From IMG/VR virus record IMGVR_UViG_3300017774_005745, positions 96,001 through 160,000 of that record: 64,000 nt of DNA; one strand, written 5' to 3'. This DNA is from a virus. Made by a program: the position numbers and the translations under genes. Of the stretch, positions 18,501 to 26,500 are shown in pieces. Each line of letters begins with the position of its first letter. The stretch's first letter is position 1. The notes under the pieces are model-generated. The model saw only the letters and a program-made list of their open reading frames with translations. It did no database searches and was not told where the DNA came from.

Positions 18501-19165
18501 TGCCAGGCTCCAACCCCGCTCGTCTTGATTACAGCCTCGTTGCTGAAGTGGTTGCAGAAGCGAATGCTGGATTCAAGAACCGTCGCCTCTTCTCAGTGTT
18601 CCCAGACACCATCAAGACCACTGTTGCTGGTGTTGAGAAGAGCTTGCCTGGTTACTACGCCTGCGCAGCTATCTCAGGAATGGTGGCGTCTCAGCCGCCA
18701 CAGCAGGGATTCACGAACTTTGGAATCTCTGGCCTGACTGGGGTGGTTGGCACTGAGAAGTTCACCAAGAAGCAGCTCAACACGATGGCAGGTGGCGGAA
18801 CGTACATTCTCATCCAAGACGTACAGGGTGGGCCAGTAACGAGCCGTCATCAGGTCTCCACGGATGGAACGAGCATTGAGACTCGTGAGCTCTCCATCAC
18901 CAAGGTGGTAGACTTCACTGCGAAGTTCCTGCGTGCCTCAATCAGGAAGTTCATTGGTGTTCAGACCATCGATGACCAGTTCCTCGATACCATTGGAACC
19001 ACCATCCAAGGTATCTTGAACTTCCTCGTTGAGACTGGCGTCTTGAATGGTGCTGAGATTAACAACATCCTCCAGGATAGCGACCAGCCAGATACCGTGT
19101 TGGTGGATATCACTCTGGATGTTCCGTACCCAGCAAACTACATCCGTCTCACCCTGGCTGTCTAA
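15512..19165 (+). CDS. Tail sheath protein (1217 aa, enlarged by inserted repeat domains)
   Basis: N-terminal RPGVEV; C-terminal sheath core (LNTMAGGG.YI, ELSITKVVDF, DTVLVDITLDVPYPANYIRLTL). RBS AAGGAG. Confidence 0.9.
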   Translation: MAELIRPGVEVIQSFRTASPSFVRPTLVPCVVGPAFEVLNVLNSDGTINSKAKLGAYDQIGRTVTQSGFPDPRGNVDELDIIESSIRPFTLAGGSLSELLMDPGEAFLATSHTASKAAIETAVFNGVTGLAIVGKVVVIALDQPVAAATTKDVTITFTGTGLNLTSAEAAAQINAALGQDVATVVGSAPNDKVRITTKKAGAASSITVRAGGSANTLLQIGFSGGSAANEERVEGSGYRAQDDNNNNTTSPWIEFYRGAYLLNGVDTVFVAKAGLINIETAAFVSAKAAAITFGSTGTVPLIAGDYFLADGVKVKSAEIMKVELGRFRLGTINTTLSTADSNGRYTSKVYDAVEVETLFDANPLAPQYVYFKATGLDATVLAPVAATLTGTTLGTAATSGIVTSGVISVPAALAGLTIEYVSTIAGVETTGTFTFTGGPFANAAAIAAAVGTNIPGVTATDSTGALRLTTTTTGRLNAINVKATGTANAALNFSTSVDTVGTGTDVEFTDIPANLLTVSQVVPTLSLTGTSIVIEVSTDSGATWPVTRTHAFVGEHASLVALAANMQADAGFAGTVLAVSVSGLEISIKSVATGQNIAIRVGAASTALGAGKLQYTSLQQDSGEEELNGQTLRVKFDKNPRIYEVTFSSNSLDLAISDLNTAVGAVVASKAGAGLDTLKLTSPLAGSASEVLVLAGAAATAFGLSTSATAGSGRPFPDAYLNSVNNLVIGSQILRDQVTGYPLDPLTNLSDLYIQYKGLRKDVSAVAQIAGVLRIPDQATLTAVLDPLTEENPLGLALFMCLINAPGLEVKGLGVDEISAAAPEGTEAAYARAASMLESEEVYALAPLTQNEVVHSIFGTHVVAISAPEQGGERIVFINKAMPVRKNPTVAASGTKANSTATSNQMLLDVNPAAGLVAAGKNPALPFTAADGVYMEFEVSNELRRYNVSSVSGSLANFRTTFASGENTDGFFSTTALTTTVINASWSLKVRGVSITVPGSNPARLDYSLVAEVVAEANAGFKNRRLFSVFPDTIKTTVAGVEKSLPGYYACAAISGMVASQPPQQGFTNFGISGLTGVVGTEKFTKKQLNTMAGGGTYILIQDVQGGPVTSRHQVSTDGTSIETRELSITKVVDFTAKFLRASIRKFIGVQTIDDQFLDTIGTTIQGILNFLVETGVLNGAEINNILQDSDQPDTVLVDITLDVPYPANYIRLTLAV

Positions 19166-19219
19166 GCCAGGGAGTCGCAGTACCAAGCTAAACAGCAGTA
19201 ACCCAAAAGGAGCATCACA

Positions 19220-19831
19220 ATGGCTACTCAGACGACTCTCTCCGTTCGCGACCGCTCAGTTCTCCGTGCCCTCGGCAAGGCTGGTGACATTCTTGCTCGT
19301 GCAGCAAACGCAGCCATCTCCAATGATACCAATCTTGGACGTGCTGCTCTTGTTGCCGGTGGCACCAACGTAGCCGCGAAGGGGACTACTGATGTTCACG
19401 CGGCAGTTGCGTCGAACGCAGTAAACCTCTTCCCAGGTCCAATCACCAATCCGGCAGTTCCTCGTAACCTGCGGGCAGTGTTCGCGGCTTCCTACGATGG
19501 TGGAAACATCACCGTAGTTGGTACGAACCAGTTCAATGTTGCCACGACTGAAGTCATCGTTGCTTCTGCTGGTGCTACTGTTGTTGGTGTGAAGGTCTTC
19601 AAGACCATCACCTCAATCACCAAGGCAACGGTTGGTGCGACTGCGAACACCGTGTCAATTGGAACTGGCGACCTCCTTGGCATCGTCCCAGTGCCTCAGG
19701 TTGGTAGCCCTGTTCTCCTGGCTGTAAACGGAGTCGGTGAGGCTGTCACCTTCGACGCGACTTACAATGCATTCACCGCAACCAGCATTCCAAACGGTTC
19801 CCGTTCTTACGTCTTGACGGTGAATCTGTAA
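19220..19831 (+). CDS. Virion structural protein between sheath and tube
   Basis: ITNPAVPRN...G.ITVVGT...E.I...G.KVFKTITSI...SIGTGD.LG pattern seen in phage structural proteins. Strong RBS. Confidence 0.55.
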   Translation: MATQTTLSVRDRSVLRALGKAGDILARAANAAISNDTNLGRAALVAGGTNVAAKGTTDVHAAVASNAVNLFPGPITNPAVPRNLRAVFAASYDGGNITVVGTNQFNVATTEVIVASAGATVVGVKVFKTITSITKATVGATANTVSIGTGDLLGIVPVPQVGSPVLLAVNGVGEAVTFDATYNAFTATSIPNGSRSYVLTVNL

Positions 19832-19836
19832 GCCAC

Positions 19837-19882
19837 TTGGAGTGATTGAACTGGGCTACGCTTCGTAGCCCAGTAACTCCAA
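19837..19882 (+). promoter_or_regulatory. Extended RNA hairpin directly 5' of the tail-tube RBS
   Basis: ACTGGGCTAC/GTAGCCCAGT inner stem plus TTGGAGT/ACTCCAA outer stem, ending at the AAGGAG SD. No U-tract. Confidence 0.6.
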
Positions 19883-19892
19883 AGGAGACATC

Positions 19893-20624
19893 ATGCCGTC
19901 AACAGTAACTAACTGGCAGCCATACACCCAGAAGATCGACAATTCCGCATTGAAGGAAGGTCGATTCGTCTCTGGTGCGTTCACCATGATTGCGGCTGGT
20001 CCTCCGAGACTTGCCGCTGTTGGAGGTGTCACAGCAGCGGCTCAGAGCTTTGGACAGAAGAACTGGGCTGTTCCCATCGGTATTGTCCAGAACTTCAACT
20101 TGAGCCACAACAGAGCCTTTGCCCGGTTCTTTGAGCTCGGGTCTGAGCGTTCTTACTTCATCTCAGGCAGAACAGTGGCTCAGGCAGGCTTTGGACGTGT
20201 TCTCTATCACGGTCCATCTCTGCTTCGAGTTCTCTACTCGTTCTATGCTGATTTGATTCCTCCGACACTTGTTCCAGCGTTCCCGCCAAACATCATTGAC
20301 CAGAACATCTCTGCTCAGGTGGCGAACCAGCACAACGTGAAGATTCCTCCAGGCTTTGAGAACATCTATCTCAACCTGGCTTCGGACCTCTTCTCTCAGC
20401 CTTGTGGTCTCTTGGTCTACATGAAGGATTCCAACGAGAGCACGGTCGGTGCTGTATACCTGGAAGAGACCTACGTCCCGTCTCACACCATTGCAACAGA
20501 TGCTCAGGGCGTTGTTGTTCAAGAGCAAGTCGCTCTTCAGCCTGAGCGTGTGGTTCCAGTTGCTGTCCAGGTTCCCCAATCAGTCCAGTTGAACTCAATC
20601 CTGGCTGAGGGTGGGGCAGTCTAA
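19893..20624 (+). CDS. Tail tube protein
   Basis: IGIVQNFNLSHNR...FELGSERSYFISGR motif typical of large-myophage tube proteins. Downstream of the sheath. Confidence 0.8.
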   Translation: MPSTVTNWQPYTQKIDNSALKEGRFVSGAFTMIAAGPPRLAAVGGVTAAAQSFGQKNWAVPIGIVQNFNLSHNRAFARFFELGSERSYFISGRTVAQAGFGRVLYHGPSLLRVLYSFYADLIPPTLVPAFPPNIIDQNISAQVANQHNVKIPPGFENIYLNLASDLFSQPCGLLVYMKDSNESTVGAVYLEETYVPSHTIATDAQGVVVQEQVALQPERVVPVAVQVPQSVQLNSILAEGGAV

Positions 20625-20653
20625 GAGCTAAAGTTTTGCAAGGGTGGCAACAG

Positions 20654-20684
20654 AGAGGAGACCCCAGCGTATGGGGTCTCCTCT
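20654..20684. terminator. Bidirectional intrinsic terminator between the convergent tube and csp genes
   Basis: AGAGGAGACCCCA-gcgta-TGGGGTCTCCTCT, a 13 bp stem. Confidence 0.8.
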
Positions 20685-20690
20685 TTGCAT

Positions 20691-20900
20691 TTAGACTGGG
20701 GTTCTCGTCACTCGAACTGCTTGAGGGCCTTTAGCCCCCTCTTCCAGTTCGAACTTGACGCGCTCACCCTCTGCAAGGGAGCGGAATCCATTCATTACAA
20801 TACCGCTGTGGTGGACGAAGATGTCATTCCCGCCACTGTCCGGCTTGATGAACCCAAACCCCTTTTGGTCGTTAAACCACTTCACTGTTCCCGTCATCAT
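20691..20900 (-). CDS. cspA: Cold-shock domain protein
   Basis: [15 protein letters not shown] (RNP1) and DIFVHHSGI (RNP2); 69 aa. Confidence 0.97.
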   Translation of the reverse strand: MMTGTVKWFNDQKGFGFIKPDSGGNDIFVHHSGIVMNGFRSLAEGERVKFELEEGAKGPQAVRVTRTPV

Positions 20901-21016
20901 TGTTTCAGTTCCTTGAGTAGACGCCTAAGAGCGCCTCTCATTGTCCTCAGTAAGCCCTGTCGTGCAAAGAGAAAGGCTGACCCCTTTCGAGGCCAGCCTT
21001 CACTCTTCATCGGTCT

Positions 21017-21514
21017 TTACGAGGAAATCGGAACCGCCAGGAAGGGCACAGGAGCAGGCAGGACGGTGTGCTTCCCGTTCTTCTCCTCAGAGGCCTCTGC
21101 CTTGACCGCCTCAGGGGCTTCCTCGATCTTCGGGGCCTTGGCCGCCTTTGGGGCCTTCGGAGCCTTCTCAAAGGCCTCTGCGGTCTTCACGACGTCCTTG
21201 CTGGCAATCAGGAGCTTATCCGATACGACCAGCATGATTTCGTCGATCTTCCCACGGAGCGCAGCGTTGCTCGTGGTGATGCTACCAAGACGCTCCAACT
21301 GGCTGGTCAGTTCGTAGGTACCGATAGCGCCCTGACCCTGGAGTGCGGGAGACTCCGCATGCTGGGTGAATGACGATTCCACCGCCTGCACTACTTCCTG
21401 GACGTCGTTCTCTGCGATGTTACGGCGAGTGTACTTCCGCTTCGCCTTCACTTCAGTCTTCGCAGGACGGCCAGCCTTCTTCATCTTCGCTCTGTTGTAC
21501 ACGCCACGGGGCAT
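21017..21514 (-). CDS. Lys/Ala/Pro-rich putative DNA-binding (histone-like) protein
   Basis: KKAGRPAK (AT-hook-like), KRKYTRR, KAPKAPKAAKAPK. High GC3 codon bias. Confidence 0.55.
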   Translation of the reverse strand: MPRGVYNRAKMKKAGRPAKTEVKAKRKYTRRNIAENDVQEVVQAVESSFTQHAESPALQGQGAIGTYELTSQLERLGSITTSNAALRGKIDEIMLVVSDKLLIASKDVVKTAEAFEKAPKAPKAAKAPKIEEAPEAVKAEASEEKNGKHTVLPAPVPFLAVPISS

Positions 21515-21625
21515 TTGATTTCTCACTTGCAGTTTAGAGTTCAACTTCTGTTTGCTTCTTCAACACTGCTTTCTCGCCGACGAACAAGAAGATACTCTCT
21601 GAAAAAAAGAATGCAAGTACCTTCT

Positions 21626-21811
21626 TCACTTTTCTTCTTTTATCTCGATTGGAAGACGTTCGAGATAAGATTCAATGATTTGAGTGACCAATGCACTCAT
21701 GGGTACGTGCTTTCCTCCATTCGCCTCTTCGACCTCTACTCTCAAGTCCTTGAGGCGATCCATCAACTCTCTCTTTATCTTTACTTCCAATCTTGAGTAG
21801 AATCTGGGCAT
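21626..21811 (-). CDS. Ribbon-helix-helix type DNA-binding protein (61 aa)
   Basis: RLEVKIKRELMDRL...MSALVTQIIESYL strand-helix-helix pattern; ATG at 21811. Confidence 0.6.
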   Translation of the reverse strand: MPRFYSRLEVKIKRELMDRLKDLRVEVEEANGGKHVPMSALVTQIIESYLERLPIEIKEEK

Positions 21812-21892
21812 TGCTATTATCCTGAAGACGAGTAGTATCCCTAACTTGTGATATGCCCTACAGAGGGCCGTTAGTTTCCTAAAGGAAATGGT

Positions 21893-22219
21893 ATGAGCCA
21901 GGACGATTCGAATCAAGACGAGACCGTCACTGTAGACCGATTGGTTACAGGAGACAGGCCCTCCCTGTACTTCGTCGGAATGGCTGCCGCGAATGCCATC
22001 CGAATGGATGAAATGGCTGTGTTCATGGTTGATGCGCTTGGCCGTGTGCTCTTGATGCCTCCCTCCTCCATCCAGGTCATTCACAGGCCTAAGGTTAAAG
22101 AGGAAGAGCTCGACCAGATGTCGGAATCAGTCGCTATCAACATTCTCCTGAAGCAGGGGGAGTCTGAAGAGTCGATAACGTCTTACCTGTTCCAACGCGC
22201 ACAGAGGGGAATTGACTGA
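21893..22219 (+). CDS. Hypothetical protein
   Basis: RBS AAAGGA; divergent from the RHH gene. Confidence 0.75.
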   Translation: MSQDDSNQDETVTVDRLVTGDRPSLYFVGMAAANAIRMDEMAVFMVDALGRVLLMPPSSIQVIHRPKVKEEELDQMSESVAINILLKQGESEESITSYLFQRAQRGID

Positions 22220-22467
22220 TGTCATTACGGGTATGCGATTACGAACCCTGCGAGAGTCTCCAGCAAGCCATTCAAAAGCTCGTGGTTGTTCCCTCTCGTC
22301 AGGATACGTTCAATCTCGTTGTAGTCTCTAAAGGCCGTCCAATTAGGACGTTCTTCTTGCCTCTTACCTACTGTCCATTCTGCGGTAGTCGTATCGAGGA
22401 TGAGTGGGTTGAGAGCTTCCTCACTCATTCTCCACTGAGGTCGAGGAGGGTTAAGAAGGAAGACTGA
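22219..22467 (+). CDS. Small Zn-ribbon-like protein
   Basis: CDYEPC...YCPFCG; TGATG coupling. Confidence 0.7.
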   Translation: MSLRVCDYEPCESLQQAIQKLVVVPSRQDTFNLVVVSKGRPIRTFFLPLTYCPFCGSRIEDEWVESFLTHSPLRSRRVKKED

Positions 22468-22481
22468 TAAGAGCTAACAAC

Positions 22482-22503
22482 AGGATGGCCTTTCGGCCAT
22501 CCT
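22482..22503. terminator. Bidirectional terminator hairpin
   Basis: AGGATGGCC-tttc-GGCCATCCT between convergent genes. Confidence 0.75.
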
Positions 22504-22509
22504 CTTCCG

Positions 22510-22995
22510 TTAGGAAGCTTGCGTCGCTGTCAACTTCTCGCCCAGATTGTGGGTGAGCCCCTCACTGCTCTTCGGCTTCACAGGCTCTCCTTTGGTGAGG
22601 TCCTTGAGCGGCGGGAACGGCCTCGGCCGACCAGAAGCCGGAACTGGGCTCTGGGTCGGGCGCTGTGCGTTCTGTTTCGCTGCGGATGCCCTCAGCCTTG
22701 CTGCGGCCTCAGCTCTGACAGCCTTGGCCGTCTCTTCTCTCCCTTGAAGCTCCAACAGCCTTACCGCTGCCTCCCTCTCACGGATCTCGATCTCCTTCTT
22801 CGAGAGCGTGATGTCCTTCTGAATCTCCTCCTCCGTCACTGGCATTCGCCGATGCTCGACCTGGAACTCCAAGTCTTTCTTCTCGGCAAGAATTCGCACC
22901 AGCTTTGCTGTCTCGTGGAGCACATCCTTTGCCTTGCTCACGAGTTCAACAATTTCCCCAACCAACGAATCCACCATCGGTCCCTCAATCTTCAT
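22510..22995 (-). CDS. Coiled-coil hypothetical protein
   Basis: GGGAG RBS before the ATG at 22995; E/K/R-rich heptads. Confidence 0.7.
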   Translation of the reverse strand: MKIEGPMVDSLVGEIVELVSKAKDVLHETAKLVRILAEKKDLEFQVEHRRMPVTEEEIQKDITLSKKEIEIREREAAVRLLELQGREETAKAVRAEAAARLRASAAKQNAQRPTQSPVPASGRPRPFPPLKDLTKGEPVKPKSSEGLTHNLGEKLTATQAS

Positions 22996-23219
22996 ACACG
23001 CACTCCCCTCGACTACTCGCACGTAGGGAGACTAATTTCTCCCTACTTCAACTTATCTCCTTGATTCACGCCTTCCTGCGAACTCCAGGGTCAGACGTTT
23101 TGCAGCCATTTCTTGCTTGAACTTCCACCAAGCAAGCTCCCTCTTCACCCACGCATAGAGTCTCCCCATCTCGCTCCTTTTGTTGGTTGTTTGATTGAGT
23201 CCTGGATGACTCTAATAGG

Positions 23220-23390
23220 AAAAAAAGCACAACCTTGGTGCGTGCAAGGTTGTGCTTACCGTTTCAGATTGCCTTCCACGAGTGAGGCTCTTCTGCATCT
23301 CGTTGGGAGGAGGGGGAGAACCAAAGAGTCCAGTCAGAGGTTCCCACTCTATAGAAGAGAGAAAGATGAAACGGTCTAAGTTCTTTCTTC
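23220..23390 (-). ncRNA. Candidate ~170 nt small RNA with a C-rich anti-SD segment
   Basis: Lies between a motif promoter (23397-23426) and a 13 bp terminator with a U7 tract (23220-23257). No RBS-led ORF. Contains UCCCCCUCCUCCC. Confidence 0.4.
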
Positions 23391-23396
23391 AATACT

Positions 23397-23426
23397 CTTA
23401 TCCCCACAAGCTGCGCCGTTTTGCAC
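23397..23426 (-). promoter_or_regulatory. Recurrent phage promoter-like motif GTGCAA-N18-GATAAG
   Basis: One of about 11 copies of (G)CAA-N18/19-NATAAG upstream of - strand units. Confidence 0.6.
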
Positions 23427-23429
23427 TGT

Positions 23430-24191
23430 CTAGAAGTTCACGTCGAACGTGATGGAAGAGGGAACCTCTTTCCATATCTTGATGGTTTTGAGGTCTTCGT
23501 ACGTGATGTCGGAGATCATACGCAGAATGTACTTCTTCACCTGCGAGGCCCTCAGGATTTGGAAGTTGTTCGAACCCCACGAGACGAGGATGCTCTCTTC
23601 CTCCGTCGGCACTGGGATCGGCTTCGAGGCCACGGGAGCTTTCTTCTTCTTTCTCGAACCTCCCCGAGTCTTGATGCCGTTCAGTTCCTTTGCAATGCGA
23701 AGAGTCTCGCAAAGGTACTGACTGTCCATCGACGTACCGAACTCGGCCTTGATTGCGTCTTGAGCTGCTCGCGTAGTGATGGCAGGGTTCTTATCCACCA
23801 GCGTGTTCAAGAACGCCTTCTTACGATCAAAGAGGTCGGGAGGAGGATACTTCGTGAGGTACTTCTTCGGGGGCGCTGCTGCAGGGGGAGGTGCCACGAC
23901 CTCCACAGCAGGTGGTTTGGCTTCCACTGCCTCAGCCTTGGGCTCCACTACTGGAGGAGCAGCTGGTGGCATCGGAGTCAGAATCGGGAACACCCTCTTC
24001 ACAGGCTCCTTACTCGGAATGACGCTTGGAGCGGTCTTTACGTCCTGATGAACTTGCCGTCGAATACCGCTGATGAGAGGTCGACTGAAAGGAGCTCGAA
24101 TCTTCGCGTCTCCCAACATTCGAGCACATGCGTCAATAGACGCATTTGGATTCTTCTTGAAGAACTCTGCTATCAACGCACGTTGGTCCAA
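23430..24191 (-). CDS. Basic, Pro/Ala-rich linker-containing hypothetical (possible DNA-binding) protein
   Basis: TTG start with AGGAGG RBS; two similar small helical domains separated by a PAAPP linker; KKKK run. Confidence 0.7.
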   Translation of the reverse strand: MDQRALIAEFFKKNPNASIDACARMLGDAKIRAPFSRPLISGIRRQVHQDVKTAPSVIPSKEPVKRVFPILTPMPPAAPPVVEPKAEAVEAKPPAVEVVAPPPAAAPPKKYLTKYPPPDLFDRKKAFLNTLVDKNPAITTRAAQDAIKAEFGTSMDSQYLCETLRIAKELNGIKTRGGSRKKKKAPVASKPIPVPTEEESILVSWGSNNFQILRASQVKKYILRMISDITYEDLKTIKIWKEVPSSITFDVNF

Positions 24192-24245
24192 GGTACTTCC
24201 TCCTTTTTACTCAAATTGAGTAGTGAGGCAGATTGCCTCTAACGT

Positions 24246-24275
24246 CTTATATCGCTCCTTCTTACTTAATTGCCC
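24246..24275 (-). promoter_or_regulatory. Recurrent promoter-like motif GGGCAA-N18-TATAAG
   Basis: Matches the consensus; upstream of 23430..24191. Confidence 0.6.
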
Positions 24276-24513
24276 CGAGTACGAGGACGTATACGGCAAG
24301 AGCCAGAACCGCAAACCACATCAACGTGTTTAGCCTTGTGATGGTATCGATGTGTTGCTGCTTTAGCTTGTAGAGATTGTACAGCGCCCGCATGTGCTCA
24401 GCGAGCTGTCTTGCTCCGAAGGAAGAGATAGGCTGCCCAGCGAGGAGCTTATCCATCCACTCATCGTGGTTCTCCTCGAAGTCCTTTTCGAGTGCCTCTC
24501 GGTCCTCTTTCAC
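24262..24513 (-). CDS. Hypothetical membrane protein
   Basis: GTG start in a GTGA overlap; C-terminal TM helix LMWFAVLALAVYVLVLG. Confidence 0.65.
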   Translation of the reverse strand: MKEDREALEKDFEENHDEWMDKLLAGQPISSFGARQLAEHMRALYNLYKLKQQHIDTITRLNTLMWFAVLALAVYVLVLGAIK

Positions 24514-24833
24514 TTCGATGCCTCTAGGAAACAATCCATACACACCTTCACAGTGACTGGGACGAGGTGTGCAGAACTCGGAGAGACCCACACTCCCTGC
24601 CCACAGACGTCACATACCGCAGCCTCTGTGGCATCGATAACTGCCCTCGGCATCCTACTGGGAGTCATCATCGGGTTCTCGAATGAGGTGCCGTTTCGAG
24701 CATTCACCTCATACACAATCTTACTGAGTACTTTGATTAACCTGGAGTTGTCCGCAGTGGGTTTTATCTCTACGACTTGCGGCTCAGTGAAGGGGTCGCG
24801 CACCGCGTAGTCAGCTACTTCGTCACTCTTCAT
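24510..24833 (-). CDS. Hypothetical protein with two CxxC pairs
   Basis: CDVCG...CMDC. Confidence 0.65.
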   Translation of the reverse strand: MKSDEVADYAVRDPFTEPQVVEIKPTADNSRLIKVLSKIVYEVNARNGTSFENPMMTPSRMPRAVIDATEAAVCDVCGQGVWVSPSSAHLVPVTVKVCMDCFLEASK

Positions 24834-25188
24834 TTGAGGGTCTCCATAGAAAACAAGGGGACAGACCGCCGATAACAACCTCGAACCCAATCTTGGGAAG
24901 GTACTCAGCGAATCGTCTATTCACGACGCTCTCGACGTAGATGGGAAGAGTTGGGTACATCTTCCTCACTCGCTGGACACATCGAGTGAAGGTTCCAACT
25001 CCCTTCTTATCGACCTCCATTGATGCGAAGTCGATAACCGGAAACGTCAGCTTACCGTCTAGAGCCCTTCCGGATACTCTTACGTACAGGGTATTGAAAC
25101 CCTTCTCTCGAACGTGGGCCCGCGCAGGTATCATGCTTCCTGGAGGCTTCGAGAGGTTTGTCTCAAGGAACTCGTCAAGTGTCTTCAT
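24823..25188 (-). CDS. GNAT-like (acetyltransferase-fold) protein
   Basis: IDFASMEV.KKGVGTF (motif A-like) and YVESVVNRRF..YL.KIGF (motif B-like). Confidence 0.5.
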   Translation of the reverse strand: MKTLDEFLETNLSKPPGSMIPARAHVREKGFNTLYVRVSGRALDGKLTFPVIDFASMEVDKKGVGTFTRCVQRVRKMYPTLPIYVESVVNRRFAEYLPKIGFEVVIGGLSPCFLWRPSNEE

Positions 25189-25450
25189 CTTCACTTGGTG
25201 ACTTCCTTCCAATTCGGATGGTGCCCTTGTGGACCTTTCCACCATTCTCATGGACCTCGAAGCTGTATTCCGGAACTGGAATCGGTGTAATTCGAACTTC
25301 TCCAGCGTTTGTGAAGACGAGACGAAGAGCTTCAGCAAATGACTCTGCCTTCACTTTCTGTGGAGCTTGTTTATCAATCTCAATCTTGAACGTTCTTGGT
25401 GCCACTTGCTTCTCTTTCTTGAAGTCGTGGATTGCACGAATCGCAGTCAC
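25175..25450 (-). CDS. Hypothetical protein
   Basis: Co-oriented ORF overlapping its neighbours. Confidence 0.6.
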   Translation of the reverse strand: MTAIRAIHDFKKEKQVAPRTFKIEIDKQAPQKVKAESFAEALRLVFTNAGEVRITPIPVPEYSFEVHENGGKVHKGTIRIGRKSPSEDEDT

Positions 25451-25568
25451 ACTCGTATCGCAGTAGTTTCCTCATAGGTCTGCTCCTCAGGAGCACTGTT
25501 ACGACCATCCCAATACCGTACAAGAATCCTACGCCTATGAACGTGATTGTCTTCTTGAGAGTTTTCAT
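25380..25568 (-). CDS. Small membrane protein
   Basis: AGGAG RBS; TM segment ITFIGVGFLYGIGMVVTVLL. Confidence 0.6.
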   Translation of the reverse strand: MKTLKKTITFIGVGFLYGIGMVVTVLLRSRPMRKLLRYECDCDSCNPRLQEREASGTKNVQD

Positions 25569-25602
25569 GCTCCTATAGGAGCACCCTCAGATGTCAGTGG
25601 TG

Positions 25603-26088
25603 TTACGTTACCTCTCCCTTTTGGTGATCTTCGTTGATGGCAACATCACCATCATACACGTTGCAACGGCCTCCATCGAACCAACGCACCATCGGCCCAG
25701 AGTTGCTCTCATGGAAGTTCGCTGGTTGATACACAACACCCTTGGCACCCTTACGAACCTTTGCCCCGTTGATGTCGAGCTCTCTGAGCGAGGAGACGAT
25801 ATCACCACGACGAAGGTCACCTACCTGCACGATGTCTCCGCTAATTGCGGCTGAGAGCTCCGGAAGCTTCTCAAGCAGGTGTGCCTCTACTTCTGTCATC
25901 ATCTTGACCTTCGCAAGCATCGGCTTCATCTCAAGGGTGAATTTCGAGATGACTGAGGCGTACTGGATGGCCTTCCTCTTCCAGTCGATGGCTGCTTGCT
26001 TCCACTTCGTTGCTTTCTCTTTCTGGAGTTCGAGCTCCTTCTGAATTGGGTCAGTGTGCTTCTTGATTTCAAGGTCTTCAAGGCTCAT
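25603..26088 (-). CDS. Hypothetical protein (coiled-coil N-terminus, SH3-like beta C-terminus)
   Basis: GAGGA RBS; LRRGDIV...KGAKGVV...VRWFDG. Confidence 0.7.
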   Translation of the reverse strand: MSLEDLEIKKHTDPIQKELELQKEKATKWKQAAIDWKRKAIQYASVISKFTLEMKPMLAKVKMMTEVEAHLLEKLPELSAAISGDIVQVGDLRRGDIVSSLRELDINGAKVRKGAKGVVYQPANFHESNSGPMVRWFDGGRCNVYDGDVAINEDHQKGEVT

Positions 26089-26500
26089 TGAGTTTTCCTC
26101 TGAGTATCTTCAACATCTCGTCTGCCGCTTGGTGGCCTCTTTCGAGGTTGGAGTCTCGAATTGCTTCGAAGCCCTCAATGCATCGAAGGATGATTTTCTT
26201 TCTCTCCTCTTCCACCTTCTCAATGTAAGCGAGGGCCGTACTGATGTTCCTTCGCTCAACGACGCGACCCCAGTTGCGCCCATCGTGAGCAACTCCATCG
26301 AGTAGGTCGAGAGCTGCTCTCGTCTTCACGTCCATACTGTGCTCCTTCCCTCTTTCTGGAACGTCGTATTCATCCCGAACTGCGTCTTTCAGGATGAGCA
26401 AGATGTGATCTCTCTCTAGAGTACGAGGACAACTCTCAAGCCACTTGATGTCCTCTTCAATGAGTTTTGCGTATGCCTCTCGCGTCAGTCTTCCGCTCAT
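26078..26500 (-). CDS. Hypothetical protein
   Basis: ATGA-coupled, co-oriented. Confidence 0.7.
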   Translation of the reverse strand: MSGRLTREAYAKLIEEDIKWLESCPRTLERDHILLILKDAVRDEYDVPERGKEHSMDVKTRAALDLLDGVAHDGRNWGRVVERRNISTALAYIEKVEEERKKIILRCIEGFEAIRDSNLERGHQAADEMLKILRGKLNEP

